Shown here piece by piece: positions 9,234 to 17,422 of a stretch of DNA of 38,689 bases. Position numbers and translations under genes: made by a program. The notes under the pieces are model-generated. The model did no database searches, was not told the origin of the DNA, and saw only the letters and a program-made list of their open reading frames with translations. Source of the DNA: a bacterium (lineage in GTDB: Bacteria > Patescibacteriota > Minisyncoccia > Phycocordibacterales > UBA918); NCBI GenBank assembly GCA_002710785.1, contig PAMC01000011.1:32264-70952 (forward strand). Direction: 5' to 3'. Within the stretch, counting starts at the first letter, position 1. Each line of letters begins with the position of its first letter.

Positions 9234-9294
9234 CACTATATGTATAGCTAGACATGACAATATTATTATTGTACGTTTCTAGTACGACAGAATC

Positions 9295-11094
9295 ATGGCG
9301 CAGGAAAATCAATTACCAATATATAGGGTTAACAAAGAACACGAAAAACTGCATCAGGCTACGACTTTTGACCAGGTTGTTAACTTAGTGATGCGAAATG
9401 AGCAAGAAAGATTAGAAAGAACTCCTATATCAAAACGTCAAGAAGGAGATGCCTATGTAGAAAAGACCTTGAACGATGACTTAGAATTAAGTGGATATTC
9501 AGTACGCGTATTTCATAAAGCGAGAGTAAACCCAAATCCATGGAATGGTTTCTTTCAGGACGTTGTACAAGATTTGCGTCAGCTTAAAAATGAAAGCCAT
9601 GACTTCATTGTTTTTATTTCAGATGAGCAGTCCGAAAATCAAAACATATACTGTTTTACTGGTGGCTCAGCATTTCATGTGATTTCTGATTTTGCTGACG
9701 AAGATTTTCCAATACAACTTCTGGTTAGATTTATTGACCCAGAAAAAATAAAAACTGCACGAAGCAGAATGTTGACTGGTTCATTTTATGCTAGGAGCAA
9801 TTTTTTTAGAGGTGCACACAGCATATCAGTAGCAGATGCATTTGGTGCGATATGGAAAGACGTGACGGCAACATTAAAAGATGAAGTACGTGCGGACCCA
9901 GATTTTTCATATTTATTTGAGAGTAAACGCGATTTAAACTGTGAAGCAAAGTCTTCTTTTAAACTAAAGAAAAGGGTTGGATTTGAACAAGGTCTTACAC
10001 TCATTAGCAAGCTTGAAACAATTCTTTCCAGAGAATTGACAGCAGATGAGTCAATGGTTCTGGACTTGTTTGAAACTTTTCAAATCATAAAATCAAAACC
10101 AAAAAAAGACGAAGTTAAAGAACGTATTTTGTCCTTAGCTCTATCCTATATAAATGATGAGACTAGCGAATTTGATTTTGATGTTTGCAATGTTGAATAT
10201 GAAAAATACTTTGAGGCTGAAAAATATGTAGTTGCATACAAACAGCATCGTTTTGAGTTCACGTCACATCCTAGCGGTAAAGACATCTTGGACGAACTAA
10301 AAAATTTGGAAGAAAGTCCAACTTCAACTCAAGAATTAGCAAACATTAAAATCAATACAGAAAGTAGTTTGGGTGAATGGCATACAACAAAGGGAACTTT
10401 ATATGACCATCTACATGGTGAAGTTGAATTAAATAATAACGAAAAGTATTTCTTAATTGATAAGAACTTGTACAAGGCCAAAGCTGATTTTCTTGAAAAA
10501 ATGAACCTCAATTTTATTAGTCGATTAAATACGGATGACTTGTTGTTGCACACAGATAACTCTTCCCAATTTATAGATTGGGGGAATATATCTGAAGGAG
10601 AATACAATGAGCTGTACCTACAACAACCTTCATTTGTTGTTGCAGACAGAGTGACTCTAAAAGGCATTGAAGTTTTTGATCTATTGTATTTTGGTCAAGA
10701 CAATAAAATCTATATAGTACAAGTTAAAAATGGACTAGGTTCCTCTACCAGAGATGCTTGCTCACAAATTAGGAACTCAGCAGATGTGATTGAAAACGCG
10801 ATTAATGATGGTCAGACAGAAAAACTTAGAGAGCTATATAGATTGCTTTCACGTACAACAAAGGTTTCATACCATGCAGATCTGCAAAGAATCATGAGAA
10901 CCTTCACTGAAGATGAATTTGTAAACTTGTTTAGAAACAACGAAAGGATTTACCTACTTCTATTTAAGTACCAAGCAAACAACGCTGATTTATCTAGGCT
11001 CGCTTCAAATATTGCCAAGTTTGAAATTTTAAGCACAGCTGATTACATGAGAATGCATAATGCTGATTTCAAAATGCTAAATATTGCCAGCTAA
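9295..11094 (+). CDS. 599-aa protein of unknown function with a PD-(D/E)xK-like C-terminal motif; possibly TIGR04141/DUF6119-like
   Basis: C-terminal EVFDLLYFGQDNKIYIVQVKNGLGSSTRDACSQIRNSADVIENA fits a D-x15-QxK nuclease-like core. The N-terminal IYCFTGGSAFHVISDF..DFPIQLL pattern and overall length match my recollection of the sporadically distributed TIGR04141 family. This is not verified by an HMM. Confidence 0.65.
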   Translation: MAQENQLPIYRVNKEHEKLHQATTFDQVVNLVMRNEQERLERTPISKRQEGDAYVEKTLNDDLELSGYSVRVFHKARVNPNPWNGFFQDVVQDLRQLKNESHDFIVFISDEQSENQNIYCFTGGSAFHVISDFADEDFPIQLLVRFIDPEKIKTARSRMLTGSFYARSNFFRGAHSISVADAFGAIWKDVTATLKDEVRADPDFSYLFESKRDLNCEAKSSFKLKKRVGFEQGLTLISKLETILSRELTADESMVLDLFETFQIIKSKPKKDEVKERILSLALSYINDETSEFDFDVCNVEYEKYFEAEKYVVAYKQHRFEFTSHPSGKDILDELKNLEESPTSTQELANIKINTESSLGEWHTTKGTLYDHLHGEVELNNNEKYFLIDKNLYKAKADFLEKMNLNFISRLNTDDLLLHTDNSSQFIDWGNISEGEYNELYLQQPSFVVADRVTLKGIEVFDLLYFGQDNKIYIVQVKNGLGSSTRDACSQIRNSADVIENAINDGQTEKLRELYRLLSRTTKVSYHADLQRIMRTFTEDEFVNLFRNNERIYLLLFKYQANNADLSRLASNIAKFEILSTADYMRMHNADFKMLNIAS

Positions 11095-12855
11095 GGCATT
11101 ACCTCGTTGCATCAAAGGATTGGATTTAAGGATTTCTTTCCTACGGTCAGATTCGCTTTTGATTTTTACATGCAATACCAGTCGCATATGCTTGCCTTCA
11201 GTTACGCTGGCAGGTGCTGATGTTGGCACTTTCGTGTTTAGTGGAAACTTAAATGCTACTTCTGCATACCCTTTCTTGTGGTAAAGAGTGATTTTTTCGA
11301 CAAAGAGACGTAGGATGTATTGTTGCTCTTCATAAGATAGGTTATCGAGTTTTGTCTGTAGTTTGCTGTACAAAGATTGAATAATTTTGTCTCGGTCTTT
11401 CTGCTCAGTCTTTTTCAGCAACATCTGTGAAAGCTTTTGTTTTTGTATAGTTAAATCCTTTTCATCTTTACATACTTGCTTCATCCGACTGTTATAATCG
11501 TCCTTATCCATCTGTGCTTCAAGATACACCTCCTGAATACGTTGCTTTTTGGTTTTAAGCGTATCAAATTGCTTGTCTAGTTGTACCAGCTCCTTTTTTA
11601 CTTTAGCTTCGTCACTAGTTTTGAATGTATATTCTTCCAGTTGGGGTATCACATTTTTAGGGTCGCTCAGTATTGCCAGAAGTGTGTCCCATATAGGCAT
11701 CAACCTACTTTCAGCACACTGTCCTTCAGGGTTACCGCTATCGTAATCAGTACCAATTCTCTCTAACGCTGGAACGTAAACATGGTAATACTTTCCAAGA
11801 TACGGTGTGACTTTGTCTTTCTTAGGAGACTGATAACCACTTTGTAGTTTTTTGCCAGAGTATCCTGAGTGAAGTAACCCAGCAAAGAGGTAAACCCGCT
11901 TCTCATTTCGTTTCTGGAATCGGCGATTATCTTGTAACTGTTGAATAGCTTTTTTAAAAAGTTCTTGAGAAACAATTTCAGGAACGGTGATTAAGATATG
12001 GTCTTCTTGTGGACGCTGGTGCTGTTCATCAACTACTGCGTTTAAGAACTGAAACGGTCGTTTGTACTTGTTGTAATAGAACGCGCCAGTATAAACCTCA
12101 TTAACTAAGATTCGGTTGATAGTTCGTTTGTACCACTTTCCCCCGACACGATTTTTACCCTTAGCGTTTTTATGCTTCGGGGTAGGTAAGTTTTGCTCAA
12201 TAGCACGTCTAGTTATTTCACGTAGAGAACATTTTTCGTAGACCAGCCATTCGTAGAATTTCTGAACAACCTCAGCTTCTGCTTCATGTTTGACCAGTTT
12301 TTTTGTCTCACTGTCTACTCGGTAACCATACGGCGGTACACCAGTTACCCATTTTCCTTCACGAGCACACTTGAGTCTTCCGTTCATTAGTCTCTCCGTT
12401 ATTAGTCTTCGTTCGTGTTGTGCAAGAACGGCCTTAATGTGTGTCATCAATTCGCCGTTTACAGTCCTAGTCTCGACCTCACGCTCATGAATCGAAAATA
12501 GCTCGATACCCATTTTAGTGAAGTCTTCAACAGTTTTAACACTGTTCAGAAAATTGCGAGAAAGTCTATCTAGAGCATATATAATGACGATATCAAACTC
12601 TTTGAGTTTTGCTGCTTCGAAAAGAGCACTTAGTGCTGGACGCTGTTCAATTGGCAAGTTTCCTGAGAATCCGCCATCTATATAGACATGCTCACTGTTC
12701 AGCATGTAGTTGTTGGATAGACAGCATTTTCTCAATGCCTCCTCTTGTGTTTCTAGGCTCGTACCATTATCTGCTTGGTCTTCGGTTGAAACCCGAAGAT
12801 AAATAGCAGCACGTTTTTGCCTAATGTTGGTAAATGTTTCATTGGTAATGTCCAT
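11077..12855 (-). CDS. large serine recombinase (integrase), 592 aa
   Basis: Resolvase catalytic domain (AAIYLRVSTEDQ with the nucleophile Ser, and YALDRLSRN), recombinase domain (PPYGYRVD), and a long coiled-coil (KKELVQLDKQFDTLKTKKQRIQEVYL...). The expected CxxC zinc-ribbon ligands are replaced (GLLHSGYSGKKL). Confidence 0.9.
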   Translation of the reverse strand: MDITNETFTNIRQKRAAIYLRVSTEDQADNGTSLETQEEALRKCCLSNNYMLNSEHVYIDGGFSGNLPIEQRPALSALFEAAKLKEFDIVIIYALDRLSRNFLNSVKTVEDFTKMGIELFSIHEREVETRTVNGELMTHIKAVLAQHERRLITERLMNGRLKCAREGKWVTGVPPYGYRVDSETKKLVKHEAEAEVVQKFYEWLVYEKCSLREITRRAIEQNLPTPKHKNAKGKNRVGGKWYKRTINRILVNEVYTGAFYYNKYKRPFQFLNAVVDEQHQRPQEDHILITVPEIVSQELFKKAIQQLQDNRRFQKRNEKRVYLFAGLLHSGYSGKKLQSGYQSPKKDKVTPYLGKYYHVYVPALERIGTDYDSGNPEGQCAESRLMPIWDTLLAILSDPKNVIPQLEEYTFKTSDEAKVKKELVQLDKQFDTLKTKKQRIQEVYLEAQMDKDDYNSRMKQVCKDEKDLTIQKQKLSQMLLKKTEQKDRDKIIQSLYSKLQTKLDNLSYEEQQYILRLFVEKITLYHKKGYAEVAFKFPLNTKVPTSAPASVTEGKHMRLVLHVKIKSESDRRKEILKSNPLMQRGNALAGNI

Positions 12856-12994
12856 ATATTTGAACTGGATTTGATTCGATTTCCAGTGTCTTTACAGAAA
12901 TGAGTTCTCGCACTAACTCATCCCTAGAAAGAGACTTGATTCTCTGAATTTCATCTGCTATTAAGTAATCTTTAATGTCATCAATATGGTTCAT
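12839..12994 (-). CDS. possible 51-aa ORF overlapping the recombinase start (candidate accessory factor)
   Basis: My own translation: MNHIDDIKDYLIADEIQRIKSLSRDELVRELISVKTLEIESNPVQIYGHYQ*. It is below the track size cutoff and its TGA lies 14 nt inside the recombinase ORF. No SD and no recognised motif. Confidence 0.25.
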   Translation of the reverse strand: MNHIDDIKDYLIADEIQRIKSLSRDELVRELISVKTLEIESNPVQIYGHYQ

Positions 12995-13104
12995 ATAACT
13001 GGGGAGAGTATCCTAGGCCATGAAATATGGCTCAAAATAACGGTCCTCCAGTTATATAATTCCATATATTGACAACTGTGTAAATACGTTGTGTTATGAG
13101 ACTG

Positions 13105-14883
13105 TTAACTACCACTGGCTAAAGTAAAGGTGTGTTCTCTGCCTTTCTTACCTTTAACAATCAGCTTGTCAGTAGCTAAGTCGTCTAGTGCGTCAGTGAT
13201 GTTACGACCACCGACATCTTCTTCAGTTTGAACTTCGTGGATGATTTCCTTGCGGGTAAGGGTGCCTTGATTGAGAAGCTCAAGGATAGCTTTTCGAGCT
13301 AGTCCCTTTTTAGTCAATCTGCCAGAGCCCATACCTGAAGATTCGAGTAGGATTGGGTCATCGATTTCGTCTTGCCGAATAGTCACCTGGAATGAATCAA
13401 CATTTTTTCCCCTGCGTGACTTCACATGCTCGACATTAAGTGATTTTGTAGTTCCAGTATCATCAGTATGGTCAATTGTGATGTGCGAATCGAGCCGACC
13501 TGAGTATGCTGATGAACCTCGAAGGCTGTGTCCTGAACTGCCATTTGCACCCTTACGATGGTGATGAATAAACAGTACCGCGGCTCCCGCTTCGTTTAGT
13601 AGCTGTAACTGCTCCATGACCGCTTGTGCTTCTTCGGCACTGTTTTCGACACCTGAGTGAACTGCTACAAATGGGTCTATGACCACTAAGCCGATTGACT
13701 TGTCACGAATGGTTTTTGTGATGAGTTCGATGTCGTCTTCGTCATCTACTTTGAAACCATTTTGTGAGTAAAAGAACACAGGAGAGTCTTCGGGGTAAGA
13801 GAGTAGTTTCATCCTACGTCGCATTTCCCAGATACCACTCTCTTCGTCAATCACAAGCACATTTGCTTGTTTAGTTTTGAAGAGGTCAAGGAATGCTTCA
13901 CCAGTTGCAATGCTATTTGCCATACTGAGCATGAACCATGACTTACCACAACCAGGATGACCAGAGAGTGCTGTAATACCTTTTTCAGGTACTAGTCCAG
14001 AGACTAGGAACTGAGGTTTCTCTGACTCTGGCATATTAAGTACCGTAGATACGGTCAGTAGTTCACGTTTCTTTTTGTGAATGGCTTTTTCAGGCTGCTT
14101 TTTATTTGCCAGTGAGGAGTAAATGCTACTCACTTCACTTGATGGCAGGGGTGGATGGTTTTTTGCTTTGTTCCATGCGTGAAGCATGGGGTAGACAACC
14201 TCATTCCAGTTCTTTTTAGGGATGTGATGTAGCAACTTTCCTGTAATGGAAACCATCTTAGTGTGGCGCTCTCCTTGTGTAGAGCCCTGCATGATTGCTT
14301 CCCAGTCAGTTGGTTCAGATTCATTACCTTTTACATACTCGATGAATTCATCTGGCAGAGGCGCTAGCTTGCTAACGTCAAGTGGTTCTACCCATTCGTA
14401 CTCGTTACCATTTGGATGAACGCTTGGTGGAAGAGTAGTGTAAGTTTTATCTGCCCTCAGTTCACCAATGATACCGTGTTTCCTTAGGTCGACAGTTGGC
14501 AAGTTGTCCTTGTCATAGTCATCAGGAACCCGGAAGTAATAATGCCAACCTCCACCCCCGCTCCTAGCCCTGACTGTTTCTGGTAAGTTGAACCTCGCTG
14601 GTTCTTCACCCTCTTCGAGGTCGAGTACGCAGACATCCTCATCAAGGCCGGTTATTAGCCCGACACCAGTTAGCGTATTGCTAAAGGTGTCGAACCAGTC
14701 CCGGATATCTTGCTCAGAAGCAGGTTTCTCTCTCAGACTAGACCACTTGACGAGTGGTTCTTTACCATTCAATGGTACAAGTTTCCAACCGTCAGCTTCG
14801 TAATCCAATGCTGATTCCAGCAACCTATCATGCTTATTGGACATAATCTTTGGCGAAGTAGCCATTATGTAAGTAGTACTCAA
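13105..14883 (-). CDS. bifunctional primase-polymerase (PrimPol) / RepA-like AAA helicase with C-terminal wHTH
   Basis: The N-terminal Prim-Pol pattern is GKEPLVKWSSL...VCVLDLEEG...RSGGGGWHYYF...LPPSVHPNGNEYEW. Walker A is GHPGCGKSW and Walker B is VLVIDEESG. The true start may be ATG 14844 (MSNKHD), which overlaps the upstream stop. Confidence 0.85.
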   Translation of the reverse strand: MSTTYIMATSPKIMSNKHDRLLESALDYEADGWKLVPLNGKEPLVKWSSLREKPASEQDIRDWFDTFSNTLTGVGLITGLDEDVCVLDLEEGEEPARFNLPETVRARSGGGGWHYYFRVPDDYDKDNLPTVDLRKHGIIGELRADKTYTTLPPSVHPNGNEYEWVEPLDVSKLAPLPDEFIEYVKGNESEPTDWEAIMQGSTQGERHTKMVSITGKLLHHIPKKNWNEVVYPMLHAWNKAKNHPPLPSSEVSSIYSSLANKKQPEKAIHKKKRELLTVSTVLNMPESEKPQFLVSGLVPEKGITALSGHPGCGKSWFMLSMANSIATGEAFLDLFKTKQANVLVIDEESGIWEMRRRMKLLSYPEDSPVFFYSQNGFKVDDEDDIELITKTIRDKSIGLVVIDPFVAVHSGVENSAEEAQAVMEQLQLLNEAGAAVLFIHHHRKGANGSSGHSLRGSSAYSGRLDSHITIDHTDDTGTTKSLNVEHVKSRRGKNVDSFQVTIRQDEIDDPILLESSGMGSGRLTKKGLARKAILELLNQGTLTRKEIIHEVQTEEDVGGRNITDALDDLATDKLIVKGKKGREHTFTLASGS

Positions 14884-15265
14884 TGACTTTGTCCATCACT
14901 TTAGACAGGTCAATATTCACACACTTCGGACGGTCGTTGTTGTTTCCATCTTTGTAGTGTGCCCAGAATGTAGCGACTGGATAGCTTCGACCATTCGGGA
15001 ATGCGTAATGTACTGTGAAGTCTTGCTGCTTAAGGTGTCGATGTGAGAATGCTTCACGGTAGGGGCTGTAGTACGTTTCATCATCGACTTTGCTAGGGAA
15101 ATGGATGTGACCTTTCTCCACGAGATATGTCATGGAATTGATGAGTTCTTCGTCATAGAGTTCATCTTCGTCATTGTCCATGAACGCTGCTAATTGCAGG
15201 TCTTCTTCTTCGTTAATGTAGTGAGGAATTGTTTCTCCTGCTTCGTTAGTGGTTTTTGTCGTCAT
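14834..15265 (-). CDS. hypothetical protein (143 aa), acidic N-terminus
   Basis: Track ORF in an overlapping same-strand gene chain with the PrimPol gene. No motif recognised. Confidence 0.5.
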   Translation of the reverse strand: MTTKTTNEAGETIPHYINEEEDLQLAAFMDNDEDELYDEELINSMTYLVEKGHIHFPSKVDDETYYSPYREAFSHRHLKQQDFTVHYAFPNGRSYPVATFWAHYKDGNNNDRPKCVNIDLSKVMDKVIEYYLHNGYFAKDYVQ

Positions 15266-15482
15266 AGATTGTTGTGTTAAGTTTCATAATTTCGTCATGC
15301 AAGTACTTCTTAAACAGCGTGTGTAACGCAACATCGACCTCGCTTTCGCGTCGTTGCTCAACTTGCTGTGTTTCTTTCTCTTGCATGCTGGCATTAAACC
15401 GCAAACAAAATTGACTGATAAGAACTAACGCATAGCTACTTACAACAAAAAAAGCCCTAAAAATAAGGTTATTTTTGTACAC
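15246..15482 (-). CDS. small hypothetical protein (78 aa from GTG, or 46 aa from ATG 15386)
   Basis: Track ORF that overlaps the next gene by 20 nt. The start is ambiguous. Confidence 0.3.
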   Translation of the reverse strand: MYKNNLIFRAFFVVSSYALVLISQFCLRFNASMQEKETQQVEQRRESEVDVALHTLFKKYLHDEIMKLNTTIYDDKNH

Positions 15483-15531
15483 TATAATTTAGTTAAATTA
15501 GTTACTCACAAGCTACTGATTAGCCAGTCTA

Positions 15532-16338
15532 CTAGTCGAGCATTGGGTTGTTAAAAATGAGTCTTGATGGTTTTGCACGGCGCACCCACTCGAACATCAC
15601 TGCACCAGACGGAAGCGTCGTATCCATGTGTTTGCGGAAAGATAAATTGACCGAGTTTTCGATATTCTTTTTAAGTCTGTCTCTCGGAATTTCCTTAAAT
15701 TTCAATTTTGTTCGCAACGTCTTATCAATTTCTGCCACCGTTGCGTCACCACTACCGTTTGTTGCGAGATATATCGCAACAAGAATTTTGAAGTACTTTG
15801 TGTCACGGCTCATAGTTAATGACACCTCTTTTCGTCCCTTGCCTTGAAAAAACTGGTACGAATCATTCATGTACAGGTATCGTCCGTTGTCGTTGGTCAG
15901 TTTCTTAATGACTTCAGAATCGTTGTGTAGAAGATTCTTTTCACGCATTTTGCGCAGAGCACTTATTTTAAGCACCTTTACTACCAAGAACGGTTCGAAC
16001 TCCAGTTCGAGATAAGGGTCTTTTAACCTAATAAATCGGAATGGTACATCGTCTGAATCAGTGAAACGTTTATACCAGTAGTCACTATATGAGTAGAATT
16101 TCAGAATCCCATTTTTCTCAAAGTAGTTCCTGAATGACTCAAACCTTTTGTTTGTCTCATGTGTGACATTTTCATCTGGTAAAAAACGATTGATTAGCAG
16201 TTTGTCTTTACCAGCGATAGTGTCTCGATTCCATCCTGACTGTTCAGCACGGGTATATTCGTTTTCTATATCTGATAGGTAACGAATCAGGATCTCATCA
16301 AACTCAAAGAGAGGTTTATTATGCAAAGTGGCAACCAT
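15532..16338 (-). CDS. hypothetical protein (268 aa), possible wHTH regulator or replication initiator
   Basis: Track ORF. The C-terminal YFKILVAIYLATNGSGDATVAEIDKTL looks like a winged helix. Its start codon sits inside a 39-bp palindrome. Confidence 0.5.
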   Translation of the reverse strand: MVATLHNKPLFEFDEILIRYLSDIENEYTRAEQSGWNRDTIAGKDKLLINRFLPDENVTHETNKRFESFRNYFEKNGILKFYSYSDYWYKRFTDSDDVPFRFIRLKDPYLELEFEPFLVVKVLKISALRKMREKNLLHNDSEVIKKLTNDNGRYLYMNDSYQFFQGKGRKEVSLTMSRDTKYFKILVAIYLATNGSGDATVAEIDKTLRTKLKFKEIPRDRLKKNIENSVNLSFRKHMDTTLPSGAVMFEWVRRAKPSRLIFNNPMLD

Positions 16339-16360
16339 ATATATAGGTTGCCACTTTGCA
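16322..16360. promoter_or_regulatory. 15-bp perfect inverted repeat around a 9-bp ATATATATA centre, covering the start codon of 15532..16338
   Basis: TGCAAAGTGGCAACC at 16322-16336 and GGTTGCCACTTTGCA at 16346-16360, read directly. Confidence 0.6.
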
Positions 16361-16472
16361 CCTTATTTGTAAATTGCCAGAATTACCTATGATTTTATCG
16401 AGGTTGGTATATTACCTCGTATTTCGGCCACTTCATTTAATAGTGGACGTTTTCTAGACAACTAAACGTATC

Positions 16473-17057
16473 CTAGTTTCCGCAAAAGGTACGAGGAGTT
16501 AAACTCACATCGTAATATCCACCATCGTAGGAACAAGTAACCCCAGGTGCAAACTTGTTGCTCGGATATTCACAATACTCAATCGCACCATTGCTTACAC
16601 CTGCTGGTGGGTTAGTTGGGTTTCCTTTCAAGAATGGTTTCAGTCCAACTAACTCAAGTGCTTTGTCACTGTTACGAACTGCACCAGCTTTAGTACAGCT
16701 ACCAAGACTTTTAATTTGCACTTCTACATAGTCTGATATGACACCATCTTTACTCTCAACAAGTAGTTCGTACTCGTCATTTTCAAACACTAAATTACCT
16801 ACACCGTTCAGTGGGGTATCAAATTGCTCTGATAAATTCGACATTGGAACGTCATACAACGTTGCTATTCTTACCAACGGCTCTACAGCAGGCAGGACAT
16901 TTTCCACTTCATCAGTAGTGACACTTTTCTGAGTTGTTGGAGCAGTAACTTCGTCTTCACTAAACACTCCCCATATGAATACTCCTGCTCCAGCTAAAAT
17001 TATTAAACCAACAACTAACTGTGGTATCGAAACTTCCTCGTCTTTTTTGTACTCCAT
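16473..17057 (-). CDS. membrane-anchored extracytoplasmic protein (194 aa, 4 Cys)
   Basis: From ATG 17057: MEYKKDEEVSIPQLVVGLIILAGAGVFIWGVF (TM anchor), then a soluble Cys-containing domain. The track extension to 17159 runs through a structured GC-rich leader and is rejected. Confidence 0.55.
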   Translation of the reverse strand: MEYKKDEEVSIPQLVVGLIILAGAGVFIWGVFSEDEVTAPTTQKSVTTDEVENVLPAVEPLVRIATLYDVPMSNLSEQFDTPLNGVGNLVFENDEYELLVESKDGVISDYVEVQIKSLGSCTKAGAVRNSDKALELVGLKPFLKGNPTNPPAGVSNGAIEYCEYPSNKFAPGVTCSYDGGYYDVSLTPRTFCGN

Positions 17058-17225
17058 AAAAATTGTGATGACTTGTAAGTCGCGGAGTAACAAAAAACTC
17101 CCCGCGAGGTGGTGGCTCGGCCACCCACTGTCAGTTTCCCAACAGGGCCTACAAAGCATCCCTCACGGAGAGGTTTTTACTTTGTAGGACTTGCGGCCAT
17201 ACCTCTGTCTCACAACAAAGGGTTA
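17058..17225 (-). ncRNA. GC-rich structured leader or small RNA candidate
   Basis: Clearly more GC-rich than the surrounding island. Perfect 9-bp stem CCTACAAAG/CTTTGTAGG (17149-17157 / 17181-17189). AGAGGT/ACCTCT is interleaved with that stem in a pseudoknot or alternative-pairing topology. Further hairpins: GGTGGC-TCG-GCCACC and CGCGGAG...CTCCCCGCG. A possible minus-strand promoter, TTTACT-17-TACTAT, lies just upstream. Confidence 0.3.
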
Positions 17226-17422
17226 GGCCATTTCATATTCAGTTGTAACTACATAGTATTTCTTTAGCAGGCAAAAGTAAACTGAGTATAAATTATTAGA
17301 ATTTACTACGGATATTTTCTTGATTGCCACATAGTGAGTGTCTCTCGTATAACTCCAGGGTCTCTCGTGGACCACTCTGAATAAGGTCTTGCCATTTCTG
17401 TAAATTAATACACTATGTAGAG

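Noticed and set aside
9225-9235. The 11-mer AAGTTGTCCCA is shared between the island (9225-9235) and the backbone (35854-35864). GACAACT/AGTTGTC also recurs (9211, 9226, 13071, 35186).
   Set aside because: My rough estimate is that well over a hundred 11-mer coincidences are expected by chance within a 38.7-kb window, so this alone is not evidence of a shared site.
17058-17159. N-terminal 34-codon extension of the membrane-protein ORF (track 16473..17159).
   Set aside because: The extension (MLCRPCWETDSGWPSHHLAG...) runs through the GC-rich hairpins, whereas ATG 17057 is immediately followed by a sensible TM anchor.
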